From assembly GCA_964497235.1 (NCBI GenBank), contig CAZCCJ010000003.1, positions 4,668 through 68,667 on the forward strand: DNA of 64,000 nt. Direction: 5' to 3'. The translations under genes were made by a program, and so were the position numbers. The notes beneath the pieces were generated by a model that saw only the letters and a program-made list of their open reading frames with translations, did not search any database and had not been told where the DNA came from. The stretch comes from an uncultured Staphylococcaceae bacterium. GTDB taxonomy: Bacteria > Bacillota_I > Bacilli_A > RFN20 > CAG-826. Positions 28,617 to 38,684 of this stretch are shown here, one piece after another. Position 1 is the first letter of the stretch. The number at the start of each line of letters is the position of its first letter.

Positions 28617-29230
28617 CGGCCCTTCGCGAAACCCAATAGCACAAAGAAGCTATATACGAATATTTTTAGGTCGAACCAAAAAGTCATATGCGAGACGTAA
28701 TAGGAATCGCTTTTGGCCTTGTCCATGATGTCGTGGCTTCTTTTCAGATGTATTTGCGAATATCCGCTTAAACCTGGTTTGACTTCATAGGCGCTAGGAA
28801 GGAAGGAAAGCCTCGCTTCGATCAATTCCGTTTCTAAGCCCATAGGCAACGAAGGGCGAGGGCCGATGAAGGACATATCTCCGACGAAGATATTGAATAG
28901 CTGCGGGAACTCATCGATGGAGGTCTTGCGCAAAAACCTTCCCCATGGGGTGACTAAGCTTTGTTGCTTTTCCACGCTCATATTCTCGGGGGCGATATTA
29001 GGAGCGTTATACACCATCGAGCGGAATTTGTAGATGCGGAAAGTCTTGAGATTCTTGCCTGCTCTTTCTTGCCTAAAAAAGACCGGTCCTTTTGAGGTCA
29101 GTTTCGTGATGATCGCAACCGTTAGAAGGAGGGGTGAGAGGATGATTATCCCCAATGCCGAACCGGCAATATCGATGGCTCTTTTTAATACAAGGTAGGC
29201 TCTTTGACGCTTTGTGAGGCAAGACTTCAT
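28613..29230 (-). CDS. small polyprenyl-phosphate phosphoglycosyl transferase (bacterial sugar transferase family)
   Basis: EFPQLFNIFVGDMSFIGPRP motif; probable start at MKSCLTK leaves a ~205 aa PglC/WecP-like short PGT. Confidence 0.7.
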   Translation of the reverse strand: MKSCLTKRQRAYLVLKRAIDIAGSALGIIILSPLLLTVAIITKLTSKGPVFFRQERAGKNLKTFRIYKFRSMVYNAPNIAPENMSVEKQQSLVTPWGRFLRKTSIDEFPQLFNIFVGDMSFIGPRPSLPMGLETELIEARLSFLPSAYEVKPGLSGYSQIHLKRSHDIMDKAKSDSYYVSHMTFWFDLKIFVYSFFVLLGFAKGR

Positions 29231-29287
29231 CGCTAAGATTATACAAGATAGCCGCTTTTGTGCTACACTTTTCAAAAGAGGTTTTTT

Positions 29288-30301
29288 ATGAACGACATTT
29301 TTGATGGGAAAACGCTTCTTGTGACGGGTGGGACGGGCTCCTTTGGGCACGCCGTCGTCGATCGTTTTCTAAAAACCGGTATCAAAGAGATAAGGGTTTT
29401 GTCGCGCGACGAGAAGAAGCAAGATGACATGCGCAAGCTTTATGAGAACGAAAAGCTTAAGTTCTATATCGGCGACATCCGCGATTTAGCGGCGATCGAT
29501 AACGCCTTCCGAGGCGTCGATTACGTTTTTAGCGCCGCCGCTTTAAAACAGGTTCCTTCTTGCGAATTCTATCCAATGGAAGCAGTGAAGACCAACGTCA
29601 TCGGCAGCGATAACGTCATCACCGCCTGCGTTAACAACCACGTGAAGAAAGCCATTTTCCTAAGCACCGACAAGGCGGCTTATCCAATAAACGCCATGGG
29701 CATGACGAAAGCGCTCATGGAGAAGAACGTCATCGCCAGGAGCCGTCAAATGAAATCCGACGATCCGGTTTTGTGCCTAACGAGATATGGCAACGTCATG
29801 GCTAGCCGCGGCTCCGTCATACCTCTTTTCTTAGAACAGATCAAAGCGGGCCGCCCTTTGACGATAACCAATCCAGAGATGACACGCTTCATGATGACGC
29901 TCGAAGACGCCGTCGATCTTGTGATTTACGCATTCGAGCACGGAAACAATGGCGATTTGTTCGTCCAAAAGGCTCCGAGCGCGACGATCGAAACGCTTGC
30001 CCAAGCCGTCTTGTCTTTGACTAAGAGCGATGTCGGCGTCGAATATATCGGCACAAGGCACGGCGAAAAGCTTTACGAGACCTTGGTTACTGAGGAAGAA
30101 ATGATCCGCGCCTATGACGAAGGAAAGTTCTATCGCATCGAAGCGGATAACCGCGATCTCAATTACGATCAGTACGTGAGCAAAGGGAATAAGAAATTGG
30201 ATTTGGGCCATAGCTATACCTCTCATAACGCGGATAGGCTGTCGGTCGAAGGGATGGAGAAAGAACTCCTTCGCCTGGACGAATTCAAGAACCTCAAATA
30301 A
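29288..30301 (+). CDS. fnlA: UDP-GlcNAc 4,6-dehydratase/5-epimerase (CapE/FnlA type)
   Basis: LLVTGGTGSFGHAVVDRFL N-terminus, ~338 aa, SDR extended family. Confidence 0.8.
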   Translation: MNDIFDGKTLLVTGGTGSFGHAVVDRFLKTGIKEIRVLSRDEKKQDDMRKLYENEKLKFYIGDIRDLAAIDNAFRGVDYVFSAAALKQVPSCEFYPMEAVKTNVIGSDNVITACVNNHVKKAIFLSTDKAAYPINAMGMTKALMEKNVIARSRQMKSDDPVLCLTRYGNVMASRGSVIPLFLEQIKAGRPLTITNPEMTRFMMTLEDAVDLVIYAFEHGNNGDLFVQKAPSATIETLAQAVLSLTKSDVGVEYIGTRHGEKLYETLVTEEEMIRAYDEGKFYRIEADNRDLNYDQYVSKGNKKLDLGHSYTSHNADRLSVEGMEKELLRLDEFKNLK

Positions 30302-30303
30302 AA

Positions 30304-31425
30304 ATGAAGATTTTGGTGACGGGCGCAAAAGGCTTTATCGGCAAGAACCTCGTCCGCGTTTTGTCGAGACTTGGGCATCTAGTCTATTCTTTTGATGTCG
30401 ATAACACGGAAGAAGAGCTTCGTCATTATGTCTCACAAAGCGACTTCATCATCCATTTGGCCGGCGTCAATAGGCCGTTAAAGAAAGAGGAATTCTACGA
30501 CGGCAACGTAAACTTCTCGAAGAAGCTGCTCGATATAGTTCGTAGTGAGGGCTCCAAAGCCTCAATCATATTCTCTTCTAGCACGCAAGCCGCTTTAGAT
30601 AATGATTATGGGAAGTCGAAGAGAATGACCGAAGAGCTTTTCTTTGAGGAATCGAGCAGCCGTCAAATTTACGTCTACAGGCTTTATAACGTGTTTGGCA
30701 AAGGCTGCCGTCCGGGTTATAACAGCGTGATAGCGACTTGGTGCGACGCCGTGATTAGCGATAAGCCGATCACGATTAATGAAAACGATCCGTCTATCGA
30801 CTTCGTCTATATTGATGACGTCATCTCTTCTTTCTTGATGGCCATAGACGGAAAACTTCATACGACGTCAAGCGAAGCTGAGATACTTTATCCGTCTACG
30901 CACTATAAAAAGAAACTTAGCGAGGTTCTCGCGTTATTAAGGTCATTCAAAAAGTCGAGAGAGGATCTGATGGTTCCATTGCAAGATGGTTTCAGTAAGA
31001 AACTATATGCGACTTATCTCAGTTATTTGCCGCCTGATTCCTTCTCCTATGATTTGCAGACCCATGAAGACGATAGAGGCTCTTTCACCGAATGTTTGCA
31101 TTTCCCAACATATGGCCAAGTGTCCGTTAATGTCTCGCATCCTGGCATAACAAAAGGCAACCATTATCACGAGACGAAGAATGAGAAATTTCTATGCGTT
31201 TCCGGAGATGTGATCATTCGATTCAGAAAAGTCGGAGGGGAAGACGTTTACGAATATCATTGCTCCGATAAGAAAATGGAAATCGTCGACATACCTCCTG
31301 GATATACCCATTCAATCGAAACCGTTGGAGAGAAAGATTCAGTCACTTTGATGTGGGCTAACGAGACTTATGATCCGGATAACCCAGACACATATAGAGA
31401 AGATGTTTTGAAAGACGACAAATAA
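30304..31425 (+). CDS. fnlB: CapF/FnlB-like bifunctional reductase/epimerase (NAD-dependent epimerase N-domain + cupin C-domain)
   Basis: MKILVTGAKGFIGKNL Rossmann start and ~370 aa length typical of Cap5F. Confidence 0.7.
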   Translation: MKILVTGAKGFIGKNLVRVLSRLGHLVYSFDVDNTEEELRHYVSQSDFIIHLAGVNRPLKKEEFYDGNVNFSKKLLDIVRSEGSKASIIFSSSTQAALDNDYGKSKRMTEELFFEESSSRQIYVYRLYNVFGKGCRPGYNSVIATWCDAVISDKPITINENDPSIDFVYIDDVISSFLMAIDGKLHTTSSEAEILYPSTHYKKKLSEVLALLRSFKKSREDLMVPLQDGFSKKLYATYLSYLPPDSFSYDLQTHEDDRGSFTECLHFPTYGQVSVNVSHPGITKGNHYHETKNEKFLCVSGDVIIRFRKVGGEDVYEYHCSDKKMEIVDIPPGYTHSIETVGEKDSVTLMWANETYDPDNPDTYREDVLKDDK

Positions 31426-31707
31426 CCCAGATCGTCAATGATTCAGAATCAGCAAAGCTCTAACTGCTAGGTTTCGAGTTCTCTCATTTTTTTTGATTGG
31501 GATTTTTGCTTGCATTTATTGGGTTTTATTATGAGTCGTAGTGGTATGGATTTTGGAAAATCTAGAAGCACGAAAACATTATCAAACGAGCGTTTGACAA
31601 ATGAACATTTGATAAAGAAAAACGTAGGGTTCATCGATTAAAACAAAAAATTTTAAGATGTTCCAATTATGCGAAACAACCCATTTCCGTCTGTGAACCG
31701 CTGGATT

Positions 31708-33864
31708 TCACGCTTCTTCTTTGGCTTGTTTTAATGATAAGGATATTCTTTTCCGCTCGATGTCTACCCCAATCACTTTGACGCGAACGACCTCGCCTAA
31801 AGAGACGATTTCGCTAGGATTCTTGACGTATCGATCTGCCAATTCGCTGATATGGGCTAAGCCGTCTTGATGGACTCCGACGTCGATGAATGCGCCGAAA
31901 TCGCTGATGTTTCTGACGGTTCCGTTTAAAATCATCCCCACTTTCAGATCCTTGATGTCTTTGATGTTATTGTCTAAGGATGCGCTTTCGGCCGTTTCCC
32001 TGGGGTCGCGCCCCGGCTTCTTTAATTCTTCTATTATGTCTTTCAGGGTGTAGTTCCCTAATCCGGTCTCTTTCTCTAATTTCGCTAGGTCGACGTCGGA
32101 GGAAAGGGTTCTTTCGGCCTTTTCGCTTCCGATTTCGTCAAGGGATAGTCCAAGCGTTTTTATTAGCACGCAAGTCGCTTCGTAATCTTTCGGGTGTATG
32201 GCTGTTTTCTCCAAGGGATTGCCGTTTTCTATCCTTAAGAAGCCGGCCGAGTCGAGAAATGTCTTCTCGCCAAATCCCTTGACATTCAGAAGACTTTTTC
32301 GTTCTTTGAACGGCCCATTCTTTTCGCGATAAGAGACTATTTCGCTAGCTAACCTTAGAGAGATGCCAGACACATATTGGAGCAAAGAGGCGGAGGAGGT
32401 GTTTAGCCAAACCCCGACTTCGTTAACGGCGTCGATCGTCGCTCTTTCTAAGGATTGCTTAAGCTTCTTTTCGTCCATGTCGTGCTGGTATTGGCCGACG
32501 CCAATGGCTTCGGGCGGTATTTTGACGAGCTCCGCCATCGGATCGAGGAGCCTACGGGCAAGCGAGACGGCGCTTCTTTCGTCGATGTCCATATTCGGGA
32601 ATTCTTTGATGGCGATGGGGGAGGCGCTATAAACGCTGGCCCCCGATTCGTTCACGACGATTATCGAAATCTTCTCTTTCAGATTGCGTTTTTCCAAATA
32701 TCCTTGCAAAAAGCCATCGCTTTCGCGACTCGCCGTTCCATTCCCCAAAGCGATGACGTCGAATCCGTAATCTTTGAGCAATGAATCGAGATATGACTCG
32801 CTTTGGGGGATTTTGCCGATCGTCGGATAGATTATTCCGCTTTTGAGGACTTTCCCTTCTTTATCAATGAGCGCGAGTTTGCAGCCGTTTTTATACCCTG
32901 GATCGAAACCCAATATCCGTTTTCCCTTCAAAGGCGGCGCCAATAAAAGCTGCTTTAGGTTCTTTGAGAATAGGAGGAGCGATTCGTCCTCGGCCACCGA
33001 AAAGAGGTCGTTGGCGATCTCGTTTTCTATCGAAGGTCCCATTAACCGCTTATAGGAATCGGCGATTGTCTCGCGGATTATCGCTTCATATGGGCTCTTT
33101 GGCCTCTTTAAGCAGTTTCTCGCGATGGCGTTATGGATCGTGATTTCGTCGTAATCGAACGAATATTGGAGCTTCTTTTCTTTGGCGCCACGCATTATCG
33201 CCAGGGTTTGGTGTGGCCTTATCTTGTTTATCGGAGCAACGAAGTTCGCGTAATTCGAATATTTCTTGTCGATGTCTTCTTTCGTTTCCTTTACAAGCAT
33301 CCTTCCAGTCCGAAGAATGTATTTCTTCGCATCCGTGTAATAAGAGGCATTATCGGAGATTTCCTCGGCCAATATGTCGCAAGCCATCTTTAGTGCGGCT
33401 TCTCCATCGATTATTCCTTTTTCTTCATTGATGAATTTCTTCGCGTATGCGTTTAATTCGTCCAAGGTGTTTTCCTGTTTTTTGATGTACGCTGCCAAAG
33501 AGCCGAGTCCTTTTTCCTTGGCCACGCTCCCGCGCGTTTTCCTTTTCGGGCGATATGGGCGATAGATGGTTTCCAAAGATTGGAGGTCATCGCATTCTTC
33601 TATTTCTTTCTTTAGCTCTTCGCTTAACTTCCCTAGTTCCGAAATCGTCTTCAAAACCGTTTCTTTCCGTTCGCGTAGCCTTTCGAATTTCTCTTTTTCA
33701 CTTTCGAGCAAACGTAGCGATACATCGCTTAGATTTCCGGTCTCCTCCTTCTTATAACGGGCGATGAAAGGGATCGTCGCCCCGTTTTCTAACATCTTCA
33801 AAACGGCCGCGACGCGCCATTCTTCGATCTCTAGTTTCGTCGACAGGTATTTTTCCATTTCCAT
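31708..33864 (-). CDS. tex: Tex-family RNA-binding protein (YqgF + HhH + S1 domains)
   Basis: 718 aa; C-terminal S1 domain (GMILNGTVRNISDFGAFIDVG) and Tex-specific N-terminus. Confidence 0.9.
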   Translation of the reverse strand: MEMEKYLSTKLEIEEWRVAAVLKMLENGATIPFIARYKKEETGNLSDVSLRLLESEKEKFERLRERKETVLKTISELGKLSEELKKEIEECDDLQSLETIYRPYRPKRKTRGSVAKEKGLGSLAAYIKKQENTLDELNAYAKKFINEEKGIIDGEAALKMACDILAEEISDNASYYTDAKKYILRTGRMLVKETKEDIDKKYSNYANFVAPINKIRPHQTLAIMRGAKEKKLQYSFDYDEITIHNAIARNCLKRPKSPYEAIIRETIADSYKRLMGPSIENEIANDLFSVAEDESLLLFSKNLKQLLLAPPLKGKRILGFDPGYKNGCKLALIDKEGKVLKSGIIYPTIGKIPQSESYLDSLLKDYGFDVIALGNGTASRESDGFLQGYLEKRNLKEKISIIVVNESGASVYSASPIAIKEFPNMDIDERSAVSLARRLLDPMAELVKIPPEAIGVGQYQHDMDEKKLKQSLERATIDAVNEVGVWLNTSSASLLQYVSGISLRLASEIVSYREKNGPFKERKSLLNVKGFGEKTFLDSAGFLRIENGNPLEKTAIHPKDYEATCVLIKTLGLSLDEIGSEKAERTLSSDVDLAKLEKETGLGNYTLKDIIEELKKPGRDPRETAESASLDNNIKDIKDLKVGMILNGTVRNISDFGAFIDVGVHQDGLAHISELADRYVKNPSEIVSLGEVVRVKVIGVDIERKRISLSLKQAKEEA

Positions 33865-34022
33865 ATCGACGATTCTAACTCATTTTTCAGCGATTTATAA
33901 AGGCGCTATCGAGGCGATTATAAACATTATTTATAATTCGCTAATTTTTTACCGATTTACCGCGTTATTGCGTGCGATAATATGCAGCGTACGAGAATCA
34001 ATTTTTTAAGGAGGAATCTCGA

Positions 34023-35171
34023 ATGTCTAACCGCTTCTGCTTAAACCCTGTTAGCTATCACGGCTACGGTGCGATCGACAACATCGTGACCGAAGTCAAA
34101 TCGCATGGCTGGAAGAAAGCCATGGTCGCCAGTGACCCAGGCCTCATCAAATTCGGCGTCACCAAGAAAGTCACCGATCTTTTGGACAAGGCCGGACTCG
34201 CTTATGAAATCTATTCCGACATCAAACCGAACCCAACCATCGAAAACGTCAAAGACGGCGTTGAATCCTTCAAAAAGATGGGTGCCGATTACATCATCGC
34301 CATCGGCGGTGGTTCTTCGATGGACACTTCCAAAGCCATCGGCATCATCATCACCAATCCGGAATTCGCCGATGTCCGTAGCCTCGAAGGGCTCTCCCCA
34401 ACCAAGAATGCTTGCGTTCCGACAATCGCCGTTCCGACTACGGCTGGAACCGCGGCTGAAGTCACGATCAACTACGTCATCACCGACGTTGAGAAACACC
34501 GCAAATTCGTCTGCGTCGATCCTCACGATATGCCTATCATCGCTGTCGTCGACCCAGCCATGATGGAAACGATGCCGAAGAGCCTTATCGCCGCGACTGG
34601 CATGGACGCTTTGACGCACGCCATCGAAGGCTATATCACCAAAGCCGCTTGGGAACTTTCCGACATGTTCCACATCGAAGCCATCCGCATCATCTCCCAC
34701 AACATCAAAGACTCATATGATGGCGGAAAGAAAGGCCGCGAAGCCATGGCCCTTGGCCAATATGTCGCCGGCATGGGATTCAGCAACGTCGGTTTGGGCT
34801 TAGTCCACGCCATGGCGCATCCTCTTAGCGCTTTCTACGACACCCCGCATGGCGTCGCTTGCTCCATCCTTCTTCCGACCGTCATGGCTTATAACGCCTC
34901 CGCAAGCGGCACCAAATACCGCGATATCGCAATCGCCATGGGCGTTAAGGGCGTCGAGAACATGAGCCAAGAAGAATACCGCAAGGCGGCCGTCGATGCC
35001 GTCAAAGCCTTAAGCGTTTCCGTCGGTATTCCTGAGAACCTCAAAGGCATCGTCAAAGAAGAAGACCTTTCCTTCCTCGCCGACAGCGCCTTGGCCGATG
35101 CTTGCTTCGGCGGCAATCCAAAGGATGCCACCAAAGAAGACGTCATCGCCATCTACAAATCGTTGATGTAA
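34023..35171 (+). CDS. iron-containing alcohol dehydrogenase (lactaldehyde/propanediol oxidoreductase-like)
   Basis: GGGSSMDTSKA NAD motif and conserved His-rich metal site; 382 aa. Confidence 0.85.
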   Translation: MSNRFCLNPVSYHGYGAIDNIVTEVKSHGWKKAMVASDPGLIKFGVTKKVTDLLDKAGLAYEIYSDIKPNPTIENVKDGVESFKKMGADYIIAIGGGSSMDTSKAIGIIITNPEFADVRSLEGLSPTKNACVPTIAVPTTAGTAAEVTINYVITDVEKHRKFVCVDPHDMPIIAVVDPAMMETMPKSLIAATGMDALTHAIEGYITKAAWELSDMFHIEAIRIISHNIKDSYDGGKKGREAMALGQYVAGMGFSNVGLGLVHAMAHPLSAFYDTPHGVACSILLPTVMAYNASASGTKYRDIAIAMGVKGVENMSQEEYRKAAVDAVKALSVSVGIPENLKGIVKEEDLSFLADSALADACFGGNPKDATKEDVIAIYKSLM

Positions 35172-35176
35172 CGAAA

Positions 35177-35215
35177 ATGAACCCATCGATGTCGAATCGG
35201 TGGGTTCTTTTTTTA
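35177..35215 (+). terminator. rho-independent terminator after Fe-ADH
   Basis: AACCCATCGATGTCGAATCGGTGGGTT hairpin + TTTTTTT. Confidence 0.5.
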
Positions 35216-35306
35216 TGGAGCTATGCTCCAAAGAAAGAAAAACTTTGGCTTATCAATTGACTTTGCTCTCTCAAAAAGCCACCATTATCCCAGAGGAAGA
35301 AAGAAT

Positions 35307-36623
35307 ATGAATTATTTATTGGCTGTAGATATCGGCGCAACCAGCGCCAGGCACGTTTTGGGACATCGCGATCCGAAGACGAATGAGATGGTGTTCGAAG
35401 AGATATACCGTTTCAAGACTCCTCTGATGATGTTAGGGGAAGGCCATTGTTATTGGGACGTTCAAAAACTATTCGAAGAGATCGTAAACGGTCTTAAAAA
35501 AGCGAAGGAAATAGGAAAGATTCCGTCGAAAATGGGGATTGATTCATTTGGGGTTGATTATGCGTTGATAGATGAAAACGACAAGCTCGTCGGCCGCGTC
35601 ATTTCTTATCGCGACGACCGCACGATCAAGGCGAAAGAGAACTTCTCCTCTCCCCATTCCTTATTCATGAGGACGGGCATATACCCGCATGCGTTCAATA
35701 CCATATATCAGCTATACGACGATAAGGTTTCCGGACGTTTGGCGAAAGCGAAAGAAGCCATCATGCTTCCCTCTTATCTCGTTTATTTGTTGACGGGCGT
35801 CAAGCAAAACGAAATCTCCATCCTTTCGACGTCGGGGTTACTAGATAGTCGGACCGCGAAGTTCGAGAAAGGGCTTTTGGATGAGCTTGGAATCGATGAA
35901 ACTTTCTTCCCGAATCCCGTCAAAGCCGGTTCTTACGTCGGCGGATTCAAGAAGGAAATAAAAGATGAAGTCGGCTTCGATTGCGACGTTTATTGCGTTT
36001 TGGAGCATGACACCGCGAGCGCCTTCTATGGTTCCGAAACGCCAAAGGGATATGCCTATCTTTCAAGCGGGACGTGGTCGCTATTCGGTGCTTTGCTAGA
36101 TAGGCCGATCATTGACGAAGTCGCATATAAGGAATCTTTCTCGAATGAGTTGTCGATGCCTAACGAAGTGCGTTTCCTTTCCAACATCATGGGCATGTGG
36201 GTCGTAAATCGCCTTTTGTCGGAGATGCCTGAAGTCAAAAACGTCATCGAAGCGGTGGAACTTTCCAAAAAATCCGATTACGACGACTATTTCCCGATGT
36301 CCGACGAGAGGCTTTTCAATCCTTCCAGCATGAAGGAAGCCGTTCTTTCGCTACTAAAGGAAAAAGGAGCGAAGGAAACGAAGAACGCCGGCGATATCTT
36401 CAAAAGCGTCTATCTTTCCTTGGCTTATTCCTACAAAGACGCATTGGCTGGCTTAGAGAAGATGACTGGCGAGAAATTCAAAGGGATATCCATTTTCGGC
36501 GGCGGAGTCCAAAACCGTTTCTTAGATGATTTGGTCAAGGAAATCACCGGCAGGGATGTCTATTTAGGGCCGAGCGAAGCGACGTCGCTAGGCAATTTGC
36601 TCTTGCTTGAAAAAGGGGAATGA
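35307..36623 (+). CDS. FGGY-family carbohydrate kinase (rhamnulokinase-like)
   Basis: LAVDIGATSARHVLG N-terminal actin-fold ATPase motif; start placed at MNYLLAVD. Confidence 0.65.
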   Translation: MNYLLAVDIGATSARHVLGHRDPKTNEMVFEEIYRFKTPLMMLGEGHCYWDVQKLFEEIVNGLKKAKEIGKIPSKMGIDSFGVDYALIDENDKLVGRVISYRDDRTIKAKENFSSPHSLFMRTGIYPHAFNTIYQLYDDKVSGRLAKAKEAIMLPSYLVYLLTGVKQNEISILSTSGLLDSRTAKFEKGLLDELGIDETFFPNPVKAGSYVGGFKKEIKDEVGFDCDVYCVLEHDTASAFYGSETPKGYAYLSSGTWSLFGALLDRPIIDEVAYKESFSNELSMPNEVRFLSNIMGMWVVNRLLSEMPEVKNVIEAVELSKKSDYDDYFPMSDERLFNPSSMKEAVLSLLKEKGAKETKNAGDIFKSVYLSLAYSYKDALAGLEKMTGEKFKGISIFGGGVQNRFLDDLVKEITGRDVYLGPSEATSLGNLLLLEKGE

Positions 36624-37486
36624 TGAAAAGGATTGGGATTGATTTAGGCGGTTCGACGGTCAAAGGCGGAGTCCTCGAAGGAGACGATATCCTTTTGACT
36701 TCCACCCATCGCACAAGGCTCGCGAATAGTAGAGAAGAAATCCTCGACGCCGTCAATGCCACGATCATCGATTTGCTTAGAGTCTATCCCGATATCGAAC
36801 GTATCGGAATCGTTTCGGCCGGCGACATCGATCACGTTAATGGCGTCTGCGTATATAGCAGCAACCTTCACGGCTGGACTGGCACCAATATAAAAGGGGC
36901 GATAGAAAGTCGTTTTCATATCGAGACATACGTCGATAACGACGCGATAGGGGCGTTACTTGGCGAAGCGCATCGTTATCCCAATCTAAAAAACATAACG
37001 ATGCTCACTTTCGGAACGGGAGTGGGCGGCGCCTCCCTTATCGATGGAGTCGTCTCACGAGAGACGAAAACCAGATGGGGCGAGCGTTCGATAGATAAAA
37101 ACGGCATATCCTTGCCATTTGGCGAAGTCGGTGCCGCTGAAGCGTATCTTTCGACCAGAGCGATACAAAGGTATGCTTTCGAGGAATATCGTTTCTCGCT
37201 CAAAACGCTTCAGATATTTGAGAGGATAAGACGAGGCGAGAGAAAGGCCATCGCCGCGCTTGGGGTCTATACGAAGCATTTGAACGATTTGCTGGAGCTC
37301 ATCGAAAAAGAGATTTCGCCTGAGCTTATAATCTTGGGCGGTGGCTTAATGAACTCCAAGGAAGTGATGGAAAAGGGAATAAGGCTCGAGAAGGGGAAAT
37401 ACGCTTTCGCGCATTTTGGCAACGAAGCTGGGATCGTGGGCGCGAGTTTGCTTCCGATAAATGATTTTTATAAGGAGAAGGAATGA
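36620..37486 (+). CDS. ROK-family sugar kinase
   Basis: MKRIGIDLGGSTVKGGVL and ROK signature region. Confidence 0.75.
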   Translation: MMKRIGIDLGGSTVKGGVLEGDDILLTSTHRTRLANSREEILDAVNATIIDLLRVYPDIERIGIVSAGDIDHVNGVCVYSSNLHGWTGTNIKGAIESRFHIETYVDNDAIGALLGEAHRYPNLKNITMLTFGTGVGGASLIDGVVSRETKTRWGERSIDKNGISLPFGEVGAAEAYLSTRAIQRYAFEEYRFSLKTLQIFERIRRGERKAIAALGVYTKHLNDLLELIEKEISPELIILGGGLMNSKEVMEKGIRLEKGKYAFAHFGNEAGIVGASLLPINDFYKEKE

Positions 37487-38640
37487 TGGAGATAAAAGAA
37501 TTCAAACGCATTCAAGCGCTACTTCCGACAGGCGTAAAGGAAGTCGAAATCAGCATGGAAAATGAGAAAATAGTCGCGATAAATGAACCAAAAATCGAAA
37601 AAACCACTGCAAAAGGCCTATATCTTGTCCCTGGATTCATCGACGAGCACATTCATGGAGCGAATGGCACGGACACGATGGACGCGACGCTCGATGCGAT
37701 AGAAAACATCGCGACCTCCTTGCCGCAAGAAGGCGTCACCTCGTTTTTGGCGACCACGATGACGATGCCGATTCCGAATATCGAAAGAGCTTTGAAGAAC
37801 ATCAAGGAATATCGCTCGAAGAAACGTCCTGGCGCTCGAGTCGCCGGAATCCATTTGGAAGGGCCTTTCATCTCTCCTCTTCATCCTGGCGCGCAAGATC
37901 CGAAGGCGATTTTGAAGCCTGATGCAGCGCTATTCGCCAAATGGAACGAGATGTCTGGGAAGGCAATCAAAGAAGTGACGATCGCTTATGAAGAAGGCGG
38001 CGAAGAACTGCTCAAATATTGCGTCGATAACGGAATCACTTGTTCCTTAGGACATAGCGATGCCAAAGGGGAAGTCGCAAAAGAGGCTTTTTCGAAAGGC
38101 TTGAAATGCGTCACTCATCTCTATAACGCCCAAAGGGGGTTCGCCCATCGCGAAGTCGGAATCGTCGGCGAGGCGCTTATGACGGATGGCGTGCATACGG
38201 AACTCATCGCCGATTTGATTCATTCATGCCCCGATGCCGTTCATTTCGTTTTCAAGAATAAGAGGAAAGAGGACATCATCCTTATCAGCGATAGCACCGA
38301 AGGGAAGTTCTTAGCCCCTGGATTCTATGAACTGGGCGGTCAGAAAGTCAAAATATTCGACGGCGTGGCAAGACTTATGAACGACACGATCGCCGGATCG
38401 ATATTGTCACTCAATAAAGCGCTTAGAAACGTCAAGCCGCTAGCGGACGGCTACTCCCTCTTAGATCTTATAAATCTCGTGTCTTTGAATCCGGCCAAGA
38501 ATCTTGGCATCGATAACGAAGTCGGAAGCATAGAAGTCGGCAAACGCGCCGATTTCGCGATAATCGACGATGACTTCAACGTCTATATGACGATAGTCGG
38601 CGGGGAAGTCGTTTATCAAAAAGAAGGCTTCGTTTTATAA
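37483..38640 (+). CDS. nagA: N-acetylglucosamine-6-phosphate deacetylase
   Basis: GFIDEHIHGANG metal-binding motif, 385 aa. Confidence 0.85.
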   Translation: MMEIKEFKRIQALLPTGVKEVEISMENEKIVAINEPKIEKTTAKGLYLVPGFIDEHIHGANGTDTMDATLDAIENIATSLPQEGVTSFLATTMTMPIPNIERALKNIKEYRSKKRPGARVAGIHLEGPFISPLHPGAQDPKAILKPDAALFAKWNEMSGKAIKEVTIAYEEGGEELLKYCVDNGITCSLGHSDAKGEVAKEAFSKGLKCVTHLYNAQRGFAHREVGIVGEALMTDGVHTELIADLIHSCPDAVHFVFKNKRKEDIILISDSTEGKFLAPGFYELGGQKVKIFDGVARLMNDTIAGSILSLNKALRNVKPLADGYSLLDLINLVSLNPAKNLGIDNEVGSIEVGKRADFAIIDDDFNVYMTIVGGEVVYQKEGFVL

Positions 38641-38684
38641 GCCGCAATTAAAATTGTCTTTTCGTCATGCTATCATAACCAGAT

